From Malacoraja senta (Eukaryota), in assembly GCA_038087875.1 (NCBI GenBank), contig CM075991.1:6138001-6202000 (forward strand): DNA of 64,000 bases, in the 5' to 3' direction. Below the pieces are notes generated by a model that was not told where the DNA came from, searched no databases, and worked only from the letters and a program-made list of their open reading frames with translations. The translations under genes and the position numbers were made by a program. Positions 13,701-28,700 of this stretch are shown here, piece after piece; position 1 is the stretch's first letter, and each line of letters starts with the position of its first letter.

Positions 13701-16700
13701 AAGGGAGACCTGAAAAGAAAAGACAGGGATAGGAGTTAGTTTGGTTTTTGTTTTGTTTAATTGAGTAATACAGCACGGAAACAGGCCCTTCGGCCACCAA
13801 GTCCGCGCCGACCAGTAACCCCATACACTAGCACTGTACCTACACACTAGGGGCAATTTACAATCTTTACCGAAGTGAACTAGACAATAGACAATAGGTG
13901 CAGGAGTAGGCCATTCGGCCCTTCGAGCCAGCACCGCCATTCAATGTGATCATGGCTGATCATCCCCAATCAGTACCCCGTTTCTGCCTTCTCCCCATAT
14001 CCCCTGACTCCGCTATTTTTAAGAGCCCTATCTAGCTCTCGCTTGAAAGCATCCAGAGAACCTGCCTCCACCGCCCTCTGAGGCAGAGAATTCCACAGAC
14101 TCACCACTCTCTGTGAGAAAAAGTGTTTCCTCGTCTCCGTTCTAAATGGCTTACTATAAATGGCAGAAAATGAAATGCAGTTGCAAATGCTTTTAAGTTT
14201 GATCTCCAAACATATTAACGTCTGCACGGTGGCCAACGGGATCGCTCTCAGTCAAAACGTTGAACCTGTTGCCCTGCACCTAAGACCATCTGGTCAAACA
14301 GTGACAGCTCTGGGACCTGGCCAGGCCAGCACTTCCTTTCCCCTTCCCTGACGGCTACGCGCACGACCGGATCAGTTGAAGGACATTCCCTACCTGTGTT
14401 GTTGCATTTCCATTTATCCAAGGCCAGAATAGCTCGAGCAGGAGCCAGGAAAGCAAAGGCGCTGGCCTGGAACAAGGGCAGCCTGAGGAACACACAAACA
14501 AAAACCTGTTGTAAGAGGAACACGGCGTTGACGATTCTCCCGCTGGATTTGTGTCATTGGGTGCTCGGTCAGGACCTGATGGGCTAATGGGCCAGGCTCT
14601 GTGCTGCAACGGCTATACAAGTAAAAGCTCAGTGCAGAATTCAAAATGATATCAATTGCGTGCAACATTCAGTGTAAAAATATTTAGCAAAATTACCATG
14701 ATTAGTGCTGTAGGAAACAATGGATAAAATGGTTCCCTTCAAGTACTGAGATAGCAAATAGTTTACTCCAGTGGGGAAGAATTACACAGTGGTACAATGG
14801 TAGAGGTTGCTGCTGTACAGCTCCAGAGACCATGGTTCGATCCTGACGACGGGTGGTGTCTGTACGGAGTTTGTACATTTTCCCTGTGACCGCGTGGGTT
14901 TTCTACAGGTGCTCCTGTTTCCTCCCACATTCCAAAAACATGCAGTTTTGTAGGTTAGTTGGCTTCTGTAAATTGTCCTTAGTGCGTAGGATGGGACTAG
15001 TGTATTACGTGTAGGGAGGAACGGCAGATGCTGGTTTAAACCGAAGAGAAAACACTAAATGCTGGAGTAACTCAGTGGGACAGGCAGCATCTCTGGAGAG
15101 GAATGGGTGATGTTTTGGGTCGAGACCCTTCTTCAGACTGAAAGTCACGGGAAAGGAAAACGAGAGGTATAGATTGTGAAGTAGAGGGATATAGAACAAA
15201 TGACTGAAAGATATGCAAAAAAGTAACAATGATAAAGGAAAAAGGCCATTGCTAGCTGTTTGCTAGGTGAGAACGAGAAGCTGGCGTGACTTGAGTGGGG
15301 GAGGGATGGAGTGAGAGGGAATGCAGGGATTACTTGGAGTTAGAGAAATTAATATTCAACTAGTGTGTTACGTACTAGTGTGTTAAGTTAATTTGACTTT
15401 GATAAAAATTGTAAATTGTCCCTCGTCTGTAGGATAGTGCTAGTGTACGGGGATCACTGGTTGGCGCAGACTCGGAGGGTCGGTTTCTACGCTGTATCTC
15501 TAAAACTTTAAGCCCCCATCCCTTTGTACAGACAGTGGTCAGAATCTAAGTGAAATCTCCATGAACTATTTGTTCAAGAGTTGGACGTGGAGATAACAGA
15601 CGCCATGCGTAAGGCAATCAATTGGCACAACGGGACTAGACTCAAACATGATAAAAAAAAATGCAGACTTGAACTCTGACATACATCGGAAAATTTATGA
15701 GTAATTTTACACTTTAAAAAAAAAGAAGCAATTTGTAAGACAAACAACAAGCCAAGGATCTTCACTTCCTGGGCAAGATAAGATAGAAGATTGTTAACTA
15801 GTTACGGTCAAACACCATAAAACACACTGTGGTGCATTGTGTGTGTGGCACCAAAGCTAAAGCCCAGATTTTTTCCAAGTAACCACTTCCTTTATGCTTT
15901 GTGTTGAACACACAGATACAGTGAACACAGCTGGACTGAGAGGAAACGACACTTGACGTTTGTTGCTGATTACCAGACAATTCCAAAGCCAAGTAAATAA
16001 TCCAGTCATTAATTACTGGATCACCATTTTGTTTAGCGTCAACTGTATCTAAAACATTCCCTCTGCAATTATCTACAGTGGAACAGTGACGTCTTGTTCT
16101 ACCTGCACAAATGTACAACCAACTCCAAAATGCAATTTAAAGACAATTATTCAAGGTTTGATGGATTGAACCGATTGAAAGATACTGCACGGAAATGGGG
16201 ATTTCGACCCACCTCACTGAGCACTGATCACCCCTTCACATGAGTTCTATCTTATCCCACTCTCGCATCCACTCCCTACACACTAGGGGGAAACCTATCA
16301 GAGAACCATTAACCTACAAGCCCGCGCGTCTTTAGAAAGTGGGTGGGAACCGGAGCTCCCGAGGTACAAATTTAGAGGTAGAGAAGGTACAAATTTCACG
16401 CGAACGGCACCCGAAGTCAGGATCGAACCCCGGTTCCCTGGCACTGTGAGGCGGCAGCTCTACCACCTGCACCCGTGTCACACGCATACATTTTAAGGAA
16501 AGGCACACAATTCTGTGGAGGGTACGCAAGGTACTCTTTAAAACCTACAAGTTTTTAAATGATGAGAGGCATAGATAGGGTAGCTGGTCAAAAATGTTTT
16601 CCCAGGATGGAAAAGTCAAATAATTGCTTTAAGGCTAGAGGGGCAATGTTTAAAGGAGATGTGCGGGGCAAGTTTTTTGTTACACAGTGTCTGGAGTGGT

Positions 16701-19700
16701 GGTTGACGAGGATATGTTAGTAGCATTTAATAGACTTTTGGACAGGCATTATGGTTATACAGGGAATGGAGTGATATTGGTAATATGTAGTTAAGTGAAG
16801 GTCTTGGCATCATTTTCAGCACATCCATCTTCTATTTGGATACTTCGCTTACCTAAACAAATGCAAATGGTGCTCAGTTTTGGTTGACAACGCGTTTGTG
16901 GGCGGCCATGGTGGTGCAGCGGTAGAGTTGCTGCCTTACAGCGCTCGCAGCAACAGAGACCCGGGTTCGATCCCCACTACGGGTGCTGTCTGTACGGAGT
17001 TTGTACGTTCTCCCTGTGACCTGCGTGGGTTTTCGCCGAGATCTTCGGTTTCCTCCCACACTCCAAAGACGTGCAGGTTTGTAGGTTGGTGTATGCGTAA
17101 ATTGGCCCTCGCACGTGCAGGATAGTGTTAGTGTGCGGGGATCACTGGTTGGCGCGGACTCGGTGGGCCGAAGGGCCTGTTTCCGCTCTGTATCTCTAAA
17201 CTAAAGTAAACTAAAGCACAAGGAAAAACCTCGGGATGTCTTACGAAATATAAATTGAGTGACGTTGCGAAATTAGGTCAAAAGTAATCAACGAGAGTTA
17301 AGAGAGCTTTTCCTTCAGCTTGAGCTGGGTTTGAAACAAGGTCAATACAAGGCTTTAATCGGCTGTGCCATCCAGAGGGTCTCTCAGAAATCCAGGGATT
17401 AGCAGCTGTTATTCACTTGTTTTTACCACATCTATCTCATCTCACGAGGTACAATGATCCACCTCCAACTGAGACAGAAAGAGTAAATCATGGGAACTCA
17501 TCTCTCCGGGAATGGCCTGCCATCATTCAGTGCTTCTATATCATCGGCTAAATCATGGAATTCCCTGCCTTCCTGTGGTAGGGACCAAAGCAGTTCAAGG
17601 CAAACGCTGGCTGCCACATTCCAGGGCAGCTAACTAAGCAATGCCTCACAGTTTCTCTTGCTCTCTCTTTTGTTGATCTAACACTTTAAATGGGGCTTGC
17701 ATTTCTATAGTGCCCGCCAAGGCCTTGGGATGTCTCCAGTTGCTTTTCAGCCAAAGAACAACTTTGAAAGTACACGTCCTATGCACTACGAGTTAGAACA
17801 TAGAACAGTCCAGCACAGGAACGGGCCGGAGGTCAGATGGGCTGGCGGGCGGCGGGTGCCAGAGGTCGGTCTAGAATGCGCCGCCGAGGGAACAAAGAGG
17901 GACCCAGGCGCCAGGCGAACGCGGACTCCGCTCCCGGGTGGTACTAGAGAAGGGCACCCTGGGGAAGGATTTCCGGGACAGCTGGGGGATGGAATGCATC
18001 CTTGACAAGTATGGAGATATAGATGTATAATAGTATATACTTAATATTGAATAATATTTGTATTATGGCGGCGTGTTTTGTTTTGATTTATTTTGTACTG
18101 TACATATTATAGTAAATAATTTAATAAATTATTTTTGGTTTAAAAAAAAAGTGGGACTCAGCATGGGGGGGGGGGGGGGGGTAATGCCGACCCGGCGTGG
18201 GAGGGCCGCTGAAAACACTTTGTCACTTTGTCTGTGTCCTGTACGAGGCGACTCTTTGCATACATTGAGTATGGCACGCAAGACAAAGAATTTCACTGTG
18301 GCATATTACAGGTGATATTTTATCATGGTCTTTGGTCACGGTCACGGCAGATTGACCTCGGTTTCAAAGGCTGCTCCAAACCAGCTGCATTGTTGTCGTC
18401 ACCAGGTTAGTGCTTGGCAAGGGGCCTACCTGCATCCGAACGTGGTTTGCAGCAGCGTGGTCAAGCCCACGCAAAAGAAGATGGTCCCAATCAGTTGGCT
18501 GGTAGCCCATTGATCAAAGCCGACACACATGGCTTCCGCCAGCAGGAAGGGCACAGCGATGGTGCCACTGAAGCAGGTCAGGTAATGCTGGGGAGAAACA
18601 AGGAGGGAAAGAGAAGCGGAGGTCAAACTCACGGATCGCAGTCTGGAAATACTCAAACACCAGCGGCCCAACCCAACAGTATCACAAATGCCGAGCGGAT
18701 ATGCATAGCCGTCTCTGCATGGGCAAGGGAACAAGCAGCGTCTGTAGGTTTATAGAGGGTTCCTGCCACCCAACAAAAAGAAGAAGACACCAGAAGTCTG
18801 AAATAAAAACAGAAAATATTGATAAATACGCACAAGGCTAGTCGGCATCTATGGAGAGAAAAACAGCGTTAATATTACGTTATTGGCCTTTCCCCAGAAT
18901 AGAGAATAGATACAAATTAAATATGTATCAAGGTGTAGGGCATCTGTTCATACCAGTTCTCCATTATCCCACTCATATCCACTCCCGAGCACTCAGGCCA
19001 ATTCACTGAGGCCAATTAACCTACAATCTCGCACGTCTTTGCGATGTGGGAGGAAACCGGAGCACCTGGAGGAAAACCCACTTGGTCACAGGGAGGACAT
19101 GCAAACTCCAGACAGGCAGCATCCGAGGTCAGATTGGAACCCGGGTCTCTGATGCTGTGAGAGGCAGCAGCTCCATCAGCTGCACATGCTCTGATGTTTA
19201 TTGCAGTGTTTTGCATCTCACAGTTTCAGTGTTTAATTGCCTCTCCCTCCGATGCTGCCAATCACAGGCTATGTGTAAGAAGGAACTGCAGATGCTGGTG
19301 TACACCGAAGATGGACACAAAATGTGGGAGCAAATCAAAGGGTCAGTCAACATCTCTGGAGAAAGGGAAGAGGTGACGTTTCGGGTCGAGACCCTTCATC
19401 GGACCCGGGTCTCAATCTGAAACGTCACCTGGTCTTTTTCTCCAGAGATGCAGGCTCACCCAGAGTGACTCCAGCATTTCATGTCTAATCGCTGCACACA
19501 CTCCCTCCATTGAAGTCACAAGCCTTCATTGTCCCTCTCCCAGCAATCGCCACCATCTCCAATTTCAATCAGCCTCTCCTGTTCTCTGCCCCAACACAGA
19601 CACTCTTTGCTCTCCCGTCCTTTGCACCTTAAAATGTCTTTGATTTCTAACTTTACGCTGGCCTGGTTAAATGGCTGTTGAGCTCACCCACTTCACATCG

Positions 19701-22700
19701 ACGCTGGCTCCAAGCCCAGTGTGGTTTCCTTGGAGCCTGTTTAAGCCCCCACAGAAGGATCCCTTTTCAAAAGGAACATCAAGCGAGAAACCTTGAAAGG
19801 CCTCGGAACTCTTTGAAGGCTGGTGGCTGCAGCAAGACCTTGAGGAAAGGAAGGCTCCCCCAACAGGAAGGCAAGTAAACAAAGCCGGCAGTATTAAACA
19901 ATAAAGCCCTGTGGGAAGCCCGCTCTCCCACCTTGCCGTTCCCACTCCCACCTGTGTGACTCGACCATCAGCCGGCCATCGAAGCAGGCTGTCGCAGTGA
20001 GAAGAGATACACAGCAAGGAGGCTCCACAGTCCACACTCATAGACCATAGATCAGGCCCTTCGGCCCACTACATCTGTGCTGAATATGATGGCAAGATAT
20101 TCAAATTTATTTAGAGATGGATCATCGAAACCAGCCCTTCGGCCCACTATGTATGTGGCGAATATGACGCCAATATCAACTAGCTTGGAGATATCGAGGG
20201 AAACAGGCCCTTCGGCCCACCATGCCGTACACTAGTTCTATGTTGTCCCACTTGTGCATTCCACACAATTTGACAGAAGCCAAATAACCTACAAACCTGC
20301 ATGTTTTTGGAGGGTGGGAGGAAACCAGGGCACTCTGAGAAAACCCACGTGGTCACAAGGAAAATGTACAAACTCCGTGCAGACAGCACCCGTTGTCAGG
20401 ATCGAACCCGGGTCTCTGATTGCAACTCTACCGCTGTGCCACTGTGTTGGCCCCCACTAATCTCATCTGCCTCAATCTGTTGCATATCCATGCGACTATC
20501 GAAAAGCCTTTTAAATGGCACTATCTTTATGCTATATTTGACCCCACAAATGAGCAGGGCAGAGGGAGGATGCAAAAGAAAACTCCTATTGTTTGCAAAT
20601 TATGAACATTGAGGAACCCGCCCTCCATTTCCAACTACAGAGAACAATAGTGAACTTAGGGAACTTTGAGCAGATAAGATGTCCATGGGTTTTGCCCCAA
20701 ATCGGGAACACCACTCCTCTTTGCTTTGAGATCTGGATGGGTCTGCGTCTCTCTTTATTTCCCCGACGCTGCGTAAGTTCAACGTTTCAGCTGTGATTTA
20801 ATTTCCCCTTTTAGCGTTGCCCAGGTTACACGTTTACCAGACTGAGCCAGCGAGCAGGTTAATGATACGCTGCCAAGTAAACAGCGGCTGCATCTCTCCT
20901 CCGCAACTCTCTGCTGCTCAACTTTGCTCCCCTCGCTCAGCCTCCGCCGAGTCCTTGGTCAGCAAAGACATTCGGAAGGTGCAATCAACCTCACACCAAC
21001 GATGTGGCGGTCAAGCCGCAGCCTGAACTCTGGTCCTTCTCCTCATCGCTTCACCAGTTCTTGTGCTGCAAGATTGGACTTTGACTTATCAATGAGGTAG
21101 CAAACCAGGCCAGCGAACACCAACATCAGCCGAGGGGAACATTGCATTCTGTCTCACACTCACTCTTTGAGGCAGCACGGTGGCACGCCAGTAGTTCCTG
21201 CCTCACACAGCGTCAGATAACCAGGTTCGATCCCGCCAACAGGTACTGTCTGTGTGGAGTTTGTACGTTCTCCCTGCAACCTGCGTGGGTTTTCTCAGGT
21301 TCTCCGGTTCCCTCCCACGTTCCAAAGACGTGCAAGTTGGTAGGTTAATTAGCTTCTGTAAATTGCCCCCAGTGTGTAGGATGCGAAAGTGAGATAACAT
21401 GGAACTAGTGCATGGGTGATCGTTGGTCGGTATGGGACCTGTTGGGCCGAAGGGCCTGTTTCCACACTGTATCTCTAAACTAAACATCCTCCTCCACACC
21501 ATATTCCAGTTCCAGCCTATCTCTTCAAGTAACCCCGGCATTCCCTCTCACTCCATCCCTCCCCCACCCAAGTCGCACCAGCTTCTCGTTTTCGCCCAAC
21601 AAACAGCTACCAATGGCCTGTTTCCCTGAACATCGTTACCTTTTTGCATATCATTCATTCATTGTTCTTTATCTCTCTACATCATCGTCCCGTATCTCTC
21701 ATTTCCATTTCCTGTGACTTTCAGTCTGAAGAAGGGTCTCGACCCAAAACGTCACCCATTCCTTCTCTCCAGAGATGCTGCCTGTCCCGCTGAGTTAATC
21801 CAGCTTTTGTGTCTATCTTCAGTTTAAACCAGCATCTGCAGTTCCTTCCTACACATCTAGCCTATAGCTCAACTGGAGAGCATTTGAAGGCAATGATAAA
21901 GACACAAAAGCTGGAGTAACTGAGTGGGTCAGGCAGCATCTCTGGAGAAAAGTGGATGGGCGCCGTTTCGGGTCGGGACCTTTCTTCACCTGAAGCAGAA
22001 ATGTCACCTATCCATTTTCTCCAGAGATGCTGCCTGACCCGCTCAGTTACTCCAGCATTGTGTGTCTATCTTTAGTAAAAACCCAGCATCTGCGGTTCCT
22101 TTTAATTAGTCTTTGAAGGCAACCACATTACCCAAAACCCTCTTCATTTTGTGAAAGCAAGGAATTGCAGTTGCTGATTTACGTAAAAGAACACAAAGTG
22201 CTGGAGTCCACTCAGCAGACCAGGCAGCATCTTGGGAGAAGGTGGATAGGTGACGTGTCGGGTATTAACCAGTGTCTGCAGTTCTTTGTCTCTACACAGT
22301 CTCAGATCCCAGATTCAACTTGGAAACCTTTGTAATCCATTCAGGTGATGAGTGGACCGCTCGGTTGATGGGGTTAGCCCAGTAAACTCACTCCACAGAT
22401 GGAACCTCGTTTATTGTGCCTCAGAACCGATGCTCAACCGTGATCCAGCTCCCAGCTAACGGAGGGCGGTGGGTTTCCTCTCACTCACCTGTAGGCCCAG
22501 GAATATGCAGAGGTACCAGGGTGGAACATCCTCAATGGAGTAGATCATGTCCATCTCCCGGGGTTCCGGGCATCCCCTGCTGTTGGAGACATCAGTGAGG
22601 GAACCCTGCCAAAACAAAAAAGGATGAAATGTCAACCATCAAAACATAGGAGCAGAATTAGGCCATTCAGTCCATCAAGTCTACTCTCTCTTCAATCATG

Positions 22701-25700
22701 GCAGATCTATTTTCCGCTCTCGATCCTTTTCTCCTGCCTCTTACCCCCCCCCCCCCCCCCAACCTCGTAACCAGCACCAGAGACCAGAGTTCGATCCTGA
22801 CTAGAGGTGCTGTCTGTTCGGAGTTTCCACGTTCTCCCTGTGACCACGTGGGTTTTCTCCAGGTGTTTCGGTTTCCTCCAACATTCTGAAGATGTGCAGG
22901 TTTGGAGGTAAATTGTCCCTGGTGTGCAAGATAGAATGAGTGTAGAGGTGATCGCCGGTCGTAATGGACCTGGTGGGTCGAGGGGATTTTCCACCCCATA
23001 TCTCTAAACTAAACTAAATTCCTCCTCACCCAACTGCAGCAGGACACAATTATTTTTTATTTCTGCAAGTGTACATGAAAGTAATTGCACATCGTAATGG
23101 CGGCACAGAGTGTCTTGCTGGGCCAGTTCACAGGACAAGTAAGAATCCATCTCACCGAGCCAAATCACGCCAGCCACTTGTGTCTTAGGAGGATAGACAC
23201 AAAAAGCTGGAGTAACTCAGCAGGACATGCAGCATCTCTGGAGAGAAGGAATGGGTGACGTTTTGGGTAGAGACCCTTCTTCAGACTAGCTGGGGTCTTG
23301 GATTTCCCGAACACAGAGAATCAGATATATTGAGGGAAATAGATAGGCTGAATAGGCTCTAAAGCAAGGGTGGGGAACCTGCGGCCTTAAGGCCACATGC
23401 GACCTTCTAGGCCATTAAGTGCGGCCTTTTGAATGAATCCAAATTTTGTAGAACAAATCCTTTTATTTTTATTCGTCTTATATTATTTTTATTTTTATCT
23501 TAAAATAAACGTATTTAAAATACCAAAGAGTAAAAGATTCAACGAAATAATCCTCCCCGACTGACGGCCACAATTAAAAACATTATTAAGTCATGAGCGC
23601 TATTTTTACAAAATAACGTACATTTTGAAGTATATCTAATTGAAGTTTCTTGGATGCGGCCTTATTAGATTATAGCTAACATAATGCAGCATTCCAACAT
23701 GAAAAGGTTCCCCATCCCTGCTCTAGAGTGTGTGAATCAAGAACCAGAGGACATAGGTTTAAAGTGAGAGGGAAAAGATTTAACAGGAACCAGAGGGCAA
23801 CCATTTTCACTCAGAGGGTGGTGGATATACAGAAGGAGCTGCCAGAGGAGGTAATCAAGTACAATAACAACATTTAAAAAGGCACATAGACAGGAACATG
23901 GATAGGAAAGGTTTAGAGGGATATGGACAAATGCAGGCAATTGGGACAAGCATAGATGGGGCATCTTGGTCGGTATGGATGAGTTGGGCCTATTTTCGAG
24001 GTTGTACGACTCTAGGACTCTTTCCTAAATATAGGCGGCACATCTGGCTGTGCAATCCGACACAGAACCGACACGTCGAGGGAAGTCCAGATGTACCACA
24101 TCTTCTGCTCCGCTGTACAACAAAGGGAGGGCTGATGTGTGAGCAGCCATCCCATTCAGATGACCTTGCAAGTAGATCAGACGTCAAGCTATTGAAGGGC
24201 GAAACTGGTTCCTGGAGCCGACTCCCCTCCCCAATCTAAATTACATTTAGCTGAATGGGACCCTGTGTGGGAAAGAGCCCAGTGCAGATAAATGCTTTCC
24301 TTATCTTACCTTGTATAACTGCAATAGAAAGCATACTGACGGGTTGCATCACAGCTTGGTTTGGGAACAGCTCTGCCCAAGACCACAAGCAATTGTAGAG
24401 AGTTGGAGACAGAGCCCAGTCTAACCACACAGACCAGACTTCCCACCATTCACACCACCTACACTTCGAGCTCCTTGGAAAAGCAGCCAACATAATCAAC
24501 AACTTATCCCACCCTGGCCATTCCTTCTTCTCGCTGTTGCAGACCGGAAGAAGGTACAGAGGCTTAAAAATGCATAACCCCCCCCCCCCCCCCAGACTAA
24601 AGGGTGAAATGTCTCCCAGGGTGGAAATGTCGAGGACCAGAGGGAACAACTTTAAGACGAGAGAGCAAAGATTAAAGGGGGTGTGTGGGGCAAGTTTGTT
24701 TTTGAAAACACAGAGAGGGTGGGAGACGGGAATGCTCTGTCGGAGTCGTGACGAAGGAAGATAAGCGGCTTTTAGATAGGCACATGGACATGCAGGGAAG
24801 GGAGGGATATGGACAAGGTGCAGGCAGAGGAGACTGGTTTAACTTGGCATTATATCCGGCACGGACACAGTGGGCCGAAAGGCCTGTTCCTGTGCTGTGC
24901 TCTATGTTCTACATAGAGGTAAAAACTCTTTGATCTGGTGCACAGGATATCACATGTGCCAGACCACCAGACTATCAATGTTATTTTATCAATACTTAAT
25001 TATTTAACTATCCTTAACAAATGTCATAAGGTTGGTAAGTATAAAGGGGCGATCGAGGCCTGGTGGAGGGGTGACCTTAACTGGGGTACAAGTGAGAGCA
25101 CAAGACACAGTGGACATTACCTGGCAAGCTTGATGCTGAACCATCACGATTTCGAACGGCTGGATAATGAATAATCGGTTTTATTGCAGTTGGTTACTCC
25201 TACACTGATGCTGCGTTTCACTGGAGCGTTCACACACCATCCATTTGTCACAGTCTAATGTGAACTAAACTGAAGGCAGCAGCGTACAAAGTTGCAACAG
25301 TAAAACATGTGACGCAAGATAAATGTAACCCACAATGACCCTAAAGTAGCAACTAAGCCCAACAGCAAATACACGCCAGCCACAAACCAACACGCACACA
25401 CACTGACATTAATGCTTGATTCCAAAATTAATTTGTTTGCTCGGATTCACGTATACCAGCTGCAGGAATCGAACTCCAGATGTTTAATCCTGCCCTCGGG
25501 TCCAATAAGTTAACCCGTTTGCTGCCGTGCTCCTGCAGTTCATCGGAGGCCATCAGAGGGAGGGGGTGGGGGGTGGGGGGTGGGGGGTGAAGAGCTTGCA
25601 AACACTTCCAGGTTCAGCAGACTGGCCATTCACCCGACAATGCAAATCCTGGACGCAGTGAATCATTGCAGACGTTTCTAACTCAACAATGCAAAGGTTA

Positions 25701-28700
25701 TAGTTGCATAACTTATAATACCTTAAATTAAAACCACTGACAGGTCATGCTCAGCCTCTTCATCTGAAGTGGGGGCCGGCACAGAGGGTAGAGCTGCTGC
25801 CTCACGGCGCCCGGGGCCTAGGTTCGATCCCGACCTCGGGTGCTGTGTGGAGTTTGCACGTTCTCCCTATGCACGTGTGGGCTCCCACCACATCCCGAAG
25901 ACGTGCGGGTTTGTAGGGTTAATTGGCCTCTGTAAAATTACCACTAACTGGAACCACTAACGTGGAGGAGAAAGTGGGACAACAGAGAACTAGTGTGAAC
26001 CGGCGATCGATACTCGGCCTGGACCTGGTGGGCCAAAGGGCCTGTTTCCGAGCTGAATCTCTAAAACGAACATTTTAATGTCCTCTGTAAAATTGCTCCC
26101 AGTTTGTACGCAGTGGATAAGAAAGCGGCATAACATAGAACTAGTGTAAACGGGTAATCAATGGACTTGGTGGACCGAAGGGCTCGTTTCCATGCTGTAT
26201 CTCTAAACTAAACCTCCTGCTATTGACAATGGGCGTGAACACCTCAAGGATTAGTGGAACACTCCCAGAATGGTCGGCCACCATTTTAAAATGTTCTTGG
26301 CAGCCAAATGCGAGTGATACGGATCAAATGTTTGTCTTGCAAGTGGCAATGTTTGAAGTTATAGAGAACTGTTTCACTAACAAATTGTTCAACAACAAAA
26401 AATGCATGCCATTGAAATCTTTGTAAGCTGAAGACACGTCCCCCAAAAGCAAGAGCACATTGTTGCAGTAAATAGAGCATTCATTGAGCAAGGAATGCCC
26501 GTGTCAGCAAAAAGCAAGGGGAATGCACAAAGGACAGAAGATAAAACAATAAATAGCATTGGTTGGCATTTACACAATATCTTCAATGTCGTGAAATATC
26601 AAAGGCGCATGTAATGAGTCACAAAGGGAAAATTCCACAAAACGTGAAAGCAGAGCAAAGAAGCTGGGTTTTAAAGAACACCTTAAAAGCAAGAGCGAGA
26701 AGTAGGGAGATGTTGGAAACTAGGACTAAAGAGTCTATGACGGAAGCTGGCGGATTTGCAGATGTTCAAGAAGTCAGAGTAGTCAACTGGAGGCTTCCAC
26801 TCTGGAATCTGTAGGTGGTACAGTGAAGCTGGTACATCTACTGATAGCCAGTACGTCCATGGTATCTCAAGGTGGTAGAATGCAGGTGGTACCTCTACTG
26901 GTATGTCTAGGTAGTACAGTGTAGGTGGTACTTCTACTGGTATCTCTGGGTGGTATAGTTTAGGTGGCACATCTACTGGTATCTCTGGGTGGTATAGTTT
27001 AGGTGGTACATCTACTGGTATCTCTGGGTGGTATAGTTTAGGTGGCACATCAACTGGTATCTCTAGATGGTAAAGTGCAGGTGGTGCACCTTCTGGTAGG
27101 AGGTACATCTTCTGGTTTCTCTAGGTGATACCTGATGTCCATTGGCGTCTGTATGGAGTTTGCATGCTTTCTCTGTGACTTTGAGAGATTCATTTGGATG
27201 CTCTGGATTTCCCCCCCCCCCTCCCCATATCCCAAAGATGGGTGGGTAGGCAGGTAAATCGGCTGCTGTAAATTGCCCTCAGTGTAAACGCGAGTGTATG
27301 AATGGGGGAGGGGGAAGAGGAGAAGGCATTGAAAGGAAAGTGGGGAGACCAAAAGATGGGAATAACACAGCACTGGAACAAATAATTGACGATCAGCATG
27401 GACCCGGTGGGCCGAAGGGCCCATTGCCATGCTGTATGTCTCTTTATGTATGTATGTCATTGGGCACAAGCACCATGGGACCATGCCCCGGAAGCTGGAG
27501 AATGGCAGGTTCATGCATCAGGTTTGGAGGGATATGGACCAAGCGCAGGCAGGTGGGACTCGTGTAGCTGTGACATGTTGGCCGGTGTCGGCAAGTTGGG
27601 CCGTAGGGCCTATTGCCATGCTGTATATCTCTTTATGTATGTATGTCATTGGGCACAAGACTAGTGTAGCTGGGACATGTCGGCCGGTGTGGGCAAGTTG
27701 GGCCGAAGGCCTGTTTCCGTACTGTATCACTCAATGACTCCAGGTCTCCCAGTTGGACAAGGGGCCAGAGATGACATTTGCCCCATGTTCTACTGATGTG
27801 CTTCCTCACAGCTACCAGCAACTGATTGGGCCTCAGATACAAAACATCTCACTGTCGAAACAAGGAACTGCAGATGCTGGTGACAGAAAGTGCTGGAGAA
27901 ACTCGACTCGGGCCAGGCAGCATCTCTGGAGAACATGGGACAGGCGACTCTTTGGGTCGGGACCCTTCCTCAGACCGATTGTAGGAGGGGGAGGAAAGCT
28001 GGAAGAGAGGAGAGGTAAGGACAAGGCGTGGCAGGTAATAGGTGGACACAGGCGAGGGAGGGGGAGGTTTGAGAGGCAGATGGTTGGAACAAAGGCCAGA
28101 GATGAAAGCAGGTGTGAGACAGGTAAATTGAAGAGTTGCAAATTGTGAAGCCAGAGGAAGGAACGTCGGAGGAGGGGGAAGGGAGAAATAGGTGCAAGTC
28201 CAGGTGGGGCACAGGTGTGCCTTGCTGATACTGTTAAATCAGGCTGGAATGGCAGCGCGGGTCTGTGTGTATATCCAGAGACCCAGCAGCTACTGTGGTA
28301 ACGCTGCTTGTTATCTTGCCCATTGCCCGACCAACAGGTGAAATCAGGTGAAGGCACTGGAAGAGATTCCATAGTGCCCGTGAACACAGAGAGTTCCTTG
28401 ATGCAGTATCCAGCTGCGTCTGTACATAGCCCACCTTGAGCACGAGCAACAGATTGAGGCAGTCCGCCAAGAAACGTCTCGTCAACAAGGACAAAAGGTT
28501 CCAAGGGAAACAGGGACAATCCCAACGCTCACCATTGTCCCAGGAGAGAGAACATCAGAAGGGCTCGAACAAAGGATCTACAGAAGCTAAAGCATCACAA
28601 GTGTGGGTCACAGAAACCAACAACCAGCCGTAGAAACTCCGGGACACTGGAGCTATTGATGGCTTGGAAACAGGGAAGAGCTGTGGCGACACGGTGGCGC

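Noticed and set aside
20780..21030. Possible intronic enhancer (GTAAACA and GTTAAT motifs)
   Set aside because: Short motifs occur by chance and no conservation data are available.
27409..27659. About 60-bp direct repeat pair suggestive of a CRISPR-like or regulatory array
   Set aside because: Local duplication of SINE/CR1 tail sequence in a vertebrate intron; only two copies.
27833..28633. 230-aa ORF and a possible decayed Gag zinc knuckle ([13 protein letters not shown])
   Set aside because: Half of the ORF is Penelope UTR. The knuckle lacks the CCHC spacing and no LTR or pol was seen. Insufficient support.
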